Shown: piece after piece, positions 26,249 through 32,000 of the stretch
Layout: every line of letters begins with the position of its first letter
How positions within the stretch are numbered: the stretch's first letter is position 1
DNA from: Prochlorococcus marinus str. NATL2A
Lineage (GTDB): Bacteria; Cyanobacteriota; Cyanobacteriia; PCC-6307; Cyanobiaceae
Direction of reading: 5' to 3'
Assembly: GCF_000012465.1 (NCBI RefSeq)
Contig: NC_007335.2
Location: 540,001-572,000, forward strand
Length of the DNA stretch: 32,000 nucleotides
Made by a program: the position numbers and the translations under genes
The notes under the pieces: model-generated
What the model saw: only the letters and a program-made list of their open reading frames with translations
Told to the model about the DNA's origin: nothing
The model's database searches: none

Positions 26249-27235
26249 TTAGTGTTTAGTTAAACCAGAATTATGTAAAACTTGACTTAGCGTTTTGGCA
26301 TGACTTATACCCCCGAAGGTTTCAGGAGAGGTTACGGGCTCATGTATAAAGTGTTTTTGTCTAAGACTAAATCTATCCCAATTTGTCATTTGAATTGGTA
26401 GTAATATAGTTATAAGTTCAATAAGCCAAGGCAAAATAGGGATTTGAGGGACTCTTCTCATTCCTTTCCATATTAGAAGCGTCTGAATTACTACATCAAT
26501 ACTTGTATAGGGTTGCCCTAAAACTAATTTTTTTATTTTAGTGGCAGAAAAAGGTTGTACAGGCTCGAAATCAGAGTTAGCTAGATGCCCGCAAATGAAA
26601 GCGATATCTGCTGCGTGAATAAAATGAAACCTTGAGGATAATTTTATCCATCTAGCCAGCCAGATCCATCTCAATGCATCTCTAAGCCCTTCGGTAAGAT
26701 AACTAGTTGGAAATTTACTTTTACCGTCTAAACGTCCGCCAAAAACTAGTGTTGGGAAAACAGCTATGATCTTCGTTGCAAGCTGATGAGATTCAAGCTC
26801 TCTGAGGCATTGTGCTTTTGTTTGTATGTACTCTGTTCCATAGGTAAAAGCTTCCGGTAACAAATTTAAGTTTCTGTCAAGAACACTTGCAGTTGAGAAA
26901 TAAATAATTTGTTTGATATTGGAGGGATTTAGTAAATTGAGCAAATTTTTTACTGCATCAATATTGACTTCTTTCGCCCTTTTAGGATCACCCCAAGCAG
27001 TCGCAGTATGAATAACTCTGTTGACTTCTGAAATTTCTTTCTTGAACTTATTTGATTCTCTCAAATCTCCGACTAAAATTTTAATCCTTGGGTTTTCTAA
27101 ATTTATTGAAGTTATTTTTTTAGGATCTCTAACCCATAAAAATAATTCTGAAGTTGAGTTTTCGATTAGCCAATTTGCTATGTATTGCCCAACACATCCA
27201 CTTGCTCCAGTAATCAGAATTATTTCGTTTTTCAA
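26249..27235 (-). CDS. NAD(P)-dependent epimerase/dehydratase-type SDR (extended SDR) of unknown substrate
   Basis: It has the Rossmann motif [14 protein letters not shown] at codon 5 and the catalytic YxxxK (YIQTK). The C-terminal third is hydrophobic ([16 protein letters not shown]). The TTG start overlaps the hemE stop (TTGA). Confidence 0.7.
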   Translation of the reverse strand: MKNEIILITGASGCVGQYIANWLIENSTSELFLWVRDPKKITSINLENPRIKILVGDLRESNKFKKEISEVNRVIHTATAWGDPKRAKEVNIDAVKNLLNLLNPSNIKQIIYFSTASVLDRNLNLLPEAFTYGTEYIQTKAQCLRELESHQLATKIIAVFPTLVFGGRLDGKSKFPTSYLTEGLRDALRWIWLARWIKLSSRFHFIHAADIAFICGHLANSDFEPVQPFSATKIKKLVLGQPYTSIDVVIQTLLIWKGMRRVPQIPILPWLIELITILLPIQMTNWDRFSLRQKHFIHEPVTSPETFGGISHAKTLSQVLHNSGLTKH

Positions 27236-28290
27236 GATGAAACTTTTATAAGTTCATTCACATTTTTACCAGCCTCGAAAAATACTCTTGCATTTTCTTC
27301 TGGCGTCCCTGGAAGTATTCCATGACCAAGGTTAAGAATATGTTTTCTACCTTTCGCTTTTCTGACGACATCAACAATTCTTGATCTAATAGCATCAGGA
27401 GTACCAAACAAAAGTCCTGGATCAACATTTCCTTGGACTCCAACTGCTTGAGGCAGCCTTTTTAGTCCATCTGCCATGTCAACAGTCCAATCTAGAGAGA
27501 CTATATCTACTCCGGTTTGTCCCATCCTTTCAATAACTCCCGCACTACCTGAGATATATAAAATCATAGGTGTATCTGGATGTTTTTCTTTTACTAAATT
27601 GACTACTTTTTGTTGATAAGGCGCAGCAAACTCGTCATAATCTTGTGGACTTAATTGTCCTGCCCATGAATCAAACATTTGAACTACTTGGGCCCCAGAT
27701 TGAATTTGATAGGACAAGTAGTTTGCAATTGATTCTGCAAAGTGATTTAAAAGTTGATGCAGTAGTTCTGGCTCTTGGAATGCCATCGCCTTTATAACTG
27801 CATAATTTTTGCTGCTTTTTCCCTCTACAACATATGCAGCAAGAGTCCAAGGAGCACCTACAAAGCCAAGAACTGCAGCCTTGTTCCCAACGCTTTCCCT
27901 TAGCCTTCCAAGGACTTCCCCAACAAAAGACATGCTTTCTTCTGGTTGAAGGGGTTTAAGGTCTTTAACCTGTTTGAGGCTTCTTATTGGGTCATTTATT
28001 AAGGGTCCTTTACTTTCAACGATGTCAAAGTTAATTCCCATCCCAGGAAGAGGAGTCAAGATGTCTGAAAAAAGTATCACTCCATCTGGTTGAAAAGCTT
28101 TAAAAGGTTGCATTGAAATTTCATAAGAAAGATCGGGGTTTTCGGATCTTTCCCTGAAGCTTGGATGATTATCACGAAGGTCACGATATACCTTCATGTA
28201 TCTCCCCGCTTGTCTCATCATCCAAACTGGGGGCCTTTCAACATTTTCTCCGCGAGCTGCACGGAGTAGTAAAGGAGTAGTTTCGTTCAT
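27232..28290 (-). CDS. hemE: Uroporphyrinogen decarboxylase
   Basis: 352 aa with the N-terminal signature [13 protein letters not shown], then FSDIL.P and [10 protein letters not shown] motifs. Confidence 0.95.
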   Translation of the reverse strand: MNETTPLLLRAARGENVERPPVWMMRQAGRYMKVYRDLRDNHPSFRERSENPDLSYEISMQPFKAFQPDGVILFSDILTPLPGMGINFDIVESKGPLINDPIRSLKQVKDLKPLQPEESMSFVGEVLGRLRESVGNKAAVLGFVGAPWTLAAYVVEGKSSKNYAVIKAMAFQEPELLHQLLNHFAESIANYLSYQIQSGAQVVQMFDSWAGQLSPQDYDEFAAPYQQKVVNLVKEKHPDTPMILYISGSAGVIERMGQTGVDIVSLDWTVDMADGLKRLPQAVGVQGNVDPGLLFGTPDAIRSRIVDVVRKAKGRKHILNLGHGILPGTPEENARVFFEAGKNVNELIKVSS

Positions 28291-28451
28291 TATTTTGTCC
28301 TTTTATTCGAAAAACTTACATGAAGCAGTAACTTGAAAATCATGAAATACGTTCTCTGCAAAAGTTCGACATACCTTTTGAATTTTTACATCCAGACGAC
28401 AGTTGAAATTAGGTTTTAAGTCAAGGTTGAAACATTTCTATTCGAGGAAGC

Positions 28452-30719
28452 TTAATTCTTCTTGGATTTATGCTTTAGAACCAGAACGCTAAGAGGAGGA
28501 AGGCAAAGATCTATAGAATTTTCATAGCCATGTATGTTGTATAGATCTGTTGATTTCCCTCCCATATTACCTAGGTTTGAACCTCCATATTGACTCGCAT
28601 CTGTATTGAAAATTTCTTCATAGAATCCGTCAACAGGCACACCTATTCTGTAATTGGAGTGGTTTTGAGGTGTGAAGTTTGCCACTATTACTAGCCATTC
28701 TCCATCAGTTTTTTCTCTTCTCATGAAACTGATTACTGAATTTTTATTATCATCGCAATCAATCCACTGGAATCCGTATTCGTCAAAATCATTTCTCCAT
28801 AAAGCAGGTTCTCTTTTATATAAATTATTCAAATCATCTACTAATTTCTGTATTCCTTTGTGAGGTTCATAATTTAGAAGATCCCATTGCAAATCATCCC
28901 AAACATTCCATTCTTGGCGCTGCCCAAATTCCATTCCCATAAATATTGTTTTTTTACCTGGATGTGTCCACATATATGCAAGTAAGGCTCGTGTATTAGC
29001 GTACTTCTGCCAGTCATCGCCAGGCATTTTGTGTAAGAGATGACTTTTCCCGTGAACAACTTCATCGTGGCTTAAAGCAAGCATAAAGTTTTCGGTAAAG
29101 TTATAACAAATGGAGAAAGTAATGTTGTTTTGATTGAATTGTCTAAACCATGGGTCAATTTCAAAATAATCGAGCATATCGTGCATCCAACCCATGTTCC
29201 ATTTTAGATTGAAACCGAGTCCATCCATGTCAGTTGGTTTGGTTACACCAGTCCATGTCGTTGATTCTTCTGCAATAGAAAGTGCACCTGGAAAATGTTG
29301 AAAAAGAACGTGATTAGCCTGTTGTAGAAATCTGACTGCTTCAAAATTTTCATTCCCTCCATCTTCATTAGGTATCCATTCACCCTCTGGACGAAGATAG
29401 TCTTTGTAAAGCATTGAGGCAACTGCATCAACACGTATGCCATCTATATGAAATTGATCAAACCAGAAAATTAGATTTGCAACTAGAAAATTACGAACTT
29501 CATTTCGACTGTAATTGAAAATTAATGTTCCCCATTCTTTATGCTCTCCAACTCTTGGATCTGAATGCTCGTATAGATGGCTGCCATCAAAATAAGCTAG
29601 TCCATGCTGATCTTTAGGGAAGTGGCCCGGGACCCAATCGAGAATGATTCCTATTCCTTCTTTATGACATGAATCAACGAAGGCACGAAACTCATCTGGT
29701 GATCCAAATCTACTTGTAGGCGCATACCAACCTGTAACTTGATACCCCCATGACCCATCAAAAGGGTGCTCTGAAATTGGCATAAGCTCGATATGAGTGA
29801 AGCCTCTTTCTTTGACATAGGGAATGACCTTATTTGCCAGTTCTTTATATGTAAGCAATCTTGAGCCAGGCTTCATATCTGCAGCTGGAACTGGAGCTCT
29901 ATGCTCTCCGTTTGAGTTGATAAATGGATCGTCCGAGGAAGCATGCATCCAGCTTCCTAAATGCATTTCATAAACCGAAATTGGTTGCTCTAAAGGATCT
30001 CTATTGTCACGATTGGATATCCAAGACTGATCACTCCATTGAAATGAGTCGATTTTTGATATAACTGAGCTTTTTGCTGGTCTTACTTCATGTTGAAAAC
30101 CATAAGGGTCGGCTTTCTCGTAGCAATGTCCTTTTTCAGTCCTGATTTCATATTTGTATAAATCTCCCTCACTTAGACCAGGTATGAATAGTTCCCAAAT
30201 TCCTCCTAGACGTTTTTGCATTGGGTGATGGCGTCCATCCCATGAATTGAGATCACCAATAACGGAAACACTCTTTGCATGAGGCGCCCATAAGCAAAAC
30301 ATAACTCCTTTCTTTTTATCTATTTCTGTGAGATGAGCACCCATTTTTCGCCATATGTGATGGTGATTTCCCTCCGCGAAAAGATGTCTATCAATTTCAC
30401 CCATCCACTCTTTTCGGAAACTCCAAGGATCATGTTGAACATGTTCAATTCCTCCTCTATTTACTTTTATTTGATAGTCAGTACCTGGATCTTTTTCTAA
30501 AACCCCCTCAAATATCCATTCATGATTGGGATTTTGTAGCTTAATTTTAGTTTGTTGTGTTACCAGTTCAACTTGACTTGCCTCAGGCATCCATATTCGA
30601 ATGATCCATTTATCTTTAAATGGTTGAGGGCCAAGAATTGAAAATGGACTTTCATGTCTGCATTCAGAAAGTCTTTGTCCGTCGTCTTTCAAAGAATCTA
30701 ATAGAATAGAGACGGTCAT
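28452..30719 (-). CDS. glgB: 1,4-alpha-glucan branching enzyme (GH13)
   Basis: 755 aa with GH13 catalytic regions ([39 protein letters not shown]) and an N-terminal CBM48-type region. Confidence 0.95.
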   Translation of the reverse strand: MTVSILLDSLKDDGQRLSECRHESPFSILGPQPFKDKWIIRIWMPEASQVELVTQQTKIKLQNPNHEWIFEGVLEKDPGTDYQIKVNRGGIEHVQHDPWSFRKEWMGEIDRHLFAEGNHHHIWRKMGAHLTEIDKKKGVMFCLWAPHAKSVSVIGDLNSWDGRHHPMQKRLGGIWELFIPGLSEGDLYKYEIRTEKGHCYEKADPYGFQHEVRPAKSSVISKIDSFQWSDQSWISNRDNRDPLEQPISVYEMHLGSWMHASSDDPFINSNGEHRAPVPAADMKPGSRLLTYKELANKVIPYVKERGFTHIELMPISEHPFDGSWGYQVTGWYAPTSRFGSPDEFRAFVDSCHKEGIGIILDWVPGHFPKDQHGLAYFDGSHLYEHSDPRVGEHKEWGTLIFNYSRNEVRNFLVANLIFWFDQFHIDGIRVDAVASMLYKDYLRPEGEWIPNEDGGNENFEAVRFLQQANHVLFQHFPGALSIAEESTTWTGVTKPTDMDGLGFNLKWNMGWMHDMLDYFEIDPWFRQFNQNNITFSICYNFTENFMLALSHDEVVHGKSHLLHKMPGDDWQKYANTRALLAYMWTHPGKKTIFMGMEFGQRQEWNVWDDLQWDLLNYEPHKGIQKLVDDLNNLYKREPALWRNDFDEYGFQWIDCDDNKNSVISFMRREKTDGEWLVIVANFTPQNHSNYRIGVPVDGFYEEIFNTDASQYGGSNLGNMGGKSTDLYNIHGYENSIDLCLPPLSVLVLKHKSKKN

Positions 30720-30775
30720 GATTTATAGCTTAAATAGCTAGTAAGCTTAATCCTCTACAAGTAAATATTGAACCC

Positions 30776-32000
30776 CTAAGAGGAAATAAGTGATTCAAAT
30801 TTAAGTTTTGAATTTAAAAGTAAGAGTGAAATTGTTGTCACTAGGCAGTTAGGGCTAGGTCCTTCGCACAAATATTTACTCTTACCAGGATTTATTCCAA
30901 TTGCTGGCCATCCAGATCCTGAAATTGAAATTCTTAAACGATCCCCTTTTTTAAATGTGGCGAGAATAGGTTGAAGTCTGATTTCTCTAGCACTTGTTAT
31001 ACCTTTATCACAATCAGCAATTCTGAGTACACCCGTCGAAAGTTGAGTAACAGTATTCTCTACTGCTTTAGGAATTATTGATAATGCAACAAATAGATCA
31101 AAACATTCCCTGTCACAGTTAGTTTCTAAAAAAAGAGTTGGAATGCCCTCCAGCCTAAGATCTTTCAAAATAGGGTCTGATGTAAATACTGCGACATCAG
31201 GTCGAATATCAAGCTGATATCTGTTTGCTTCACCAGCGGTATCACTCAGATGTCCTCCGATGGAAGGTATGGGTCTCCATGGGTCGTGAACTAAATTCAC
31301 CTCACTATCTGCTTCTAAATCAGAATTCGGGGCTAGGAATCCTTCAAGATGATTTATTGAGGCTAAACCTTCGCTTCGAAGACTCCAAGTGGGAGTTTTG
31401 TTTTGAACCGAAAGCTCCCAACCCTTAGTGGTTAAGTTCCAAAGATTGATTTGAGAGAAATGACTCTCTTTGTTTTTTTCTTTTAAATGAGAATCAAAAA
31501 AATCTAACTGGGTGCGTTGTGCTCCCTCCCACCATTGAAGATGAGTAGCAGGACCAATTAGTAATTTGGGATTGCCTCCAGCCTTTTTAGCTTTCTCAAA
31601 AATATCTAAAATTCCTTTCAAATGAGGATCCCACCAACCCCCAATTAGAAGCAAGGGTTTTTTTAACCAGCTACTTAATGGCTTATGAGTTTTCCATTGA
31701 GGAGTTTTGCTTGACGAAAGATTTAGCCATTTATGTGCCATCCCTTCTGGGTCATACTTTTCAAGTAAATCATGACCGTTATATAAATATTTTTTCGATT
31801 CAAGATTTTCACGGATTTCATGCCAACCTTTCCAATTCTTCTCTCTTTGTGCTTTTTGGGCGGCTAATTGCAAACCCCATCCAATTCCCAAGTGCCACCA
31901 AAACGCTCCTCCTTCACAACTCCAATGTTCATCCTCCGAAAGGCCTGTCATTGCAGGAATAATGCAATCAGGTGGGGGAGTACCTTCCTCCGCAATGAGC
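30776..32000 (-). CDS. CocE/NonD (X-Pro dipeptidyl-peptidase, S15)-family hydrolase, C-terminal ~408 codons (5' end beyond the window)
   Basis: The reading frame stays open from the tracked Met at 31951 to the window edge (..LIAEEGTPPPDCIIPAMTGLS..), so the gene continues upstream. The assignment rests on my recollection of the cap domain and the C-terminal beta-sandwich of this family, and is the weakest named call here. Confidence 0.5.
   Translation of the reverse strand, partial: LIAEEGTPPPDCIIPAMTGLSEDEHWSCEGGAFWWHLGIGWGLQLAAQKAQREKNWKGWHEIRENLESKKYLYNGHDLLEKYDPEGMAHKWLNLSSSKTPQWKTHKPLSSWLKKPLLLIGGWWDPHLKGILDIFEKAKKAGGNPKLLIGPATHLQWWEGAQRTQLDFFDSHLKEKNKESHFSQINLWNLTTKGWELSVQNKTPTWSLRSEGLASINHLEGFLAPNSDLEADSEVNLVHDPWRPIPSIGGHLSDTAGEANRYQLDIRPDVAVFTSDPILKDLRLEGIPTLFLETNCDRECFDLFVALSIIPKAVENTVTQLSTGVLRIADCDKGITSAREIRLQPILATFKKGDRLRISISGSGWPAIGINPGKSKYLCEGPSPNCLVTTISLLLLNSKLKFESLISS

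Noticed and set aside
30727-30747. Hairpin AGCTTA-N9-TAAGCT between the CocE/NonD-type gene and glgB
   Set aside because: It is a 6-bp AT-rich stem with a 9-nt loop and no following U-tract, which is too weak to call a terminator or regulatory structure.
1-32000. Searched the whole window for CRISPR arrays, IS or transposon ends, integrase or phage genes, toxin-antitoxin or restriction-modification pairs, and compositionally foreign islands
   Set aside because: None found. There are no spaced direct repeats of 25-40 bp, no DDE, tyrosine or serine recombinase motifs, and no duplicated tRNA 3' half of the resident tRNA-Leu. Composition is uniform and gene order is that of a conserved core region. 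Any claim of a hidden defence or mobile system here would be unsupported.

Overview
This window reads as a conserved core-genome stretch of a low-GC marine picocyanobacterium of the Prochlorococcus type. A csoS1E-like gene and roughly mid-30s %GC (by eye) hint at a low-light-adapted lineage, but that is a guess made without any database. All gene calls rest on motifs I recognise in the supplied translations; no homology search was possible.

Layout:
- The window opens inside csoS2 and covers the distal half of the alpha-carboxysome operon: csoS2, csoSCA, csoS4A, csoS4B, a csoS1E-like gene and acRAF.
- Housekeeping genes follow: ridA, gloB, hisG, an ABC exporter, a GNAT, a GT2/DUF2064 pair, dnaA, a GST-like gene divergent from gor, a CaCA antiporter, pyrC, tRNA-Leu(UAA), ndhL, DUF3007, trpA and a YciI-like gene.
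- Next is a minus-strand string of sigma factor, DUF1232, an HTH-like gene and a c-type cytochrome. After it come hisIE, a PTPS/QueD-like gene, clpB, petE, hemE with a coupled SDR gene, glgB and a truncated CocE/NonD-type hydrolase.
- In total I support 35 protein-coding genes (2 cut by the window edges), one tRNA, one clear intrinsic terminator and a few small RNA-structure candidates.

I see no transposase, integrase, phage gene, CRISPR array, restriction-modification, toxin-antitoxin or other defence or island signature. Gene packing is tight and looks like housekeeping. I therefore do not claim a novel system.

The leads most worth a second look, all modest:
1. The tightly coupled sigma / DUF1232 / HTH-like / cytochrome c string.
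2. The 462-bp AT-rich non-coding gap upstream of that sigma gene, which carries spaced palindromic repeats.
3. A decayed tRNA-like element ending 3 nt before the ndhL start codon.
4. The long disordered N-terminal extension on the extra carboxysome shell protein.
5. The overlapping GT2/DUF2064 pair.
6. An SDR gene translationally coupled to hemE.
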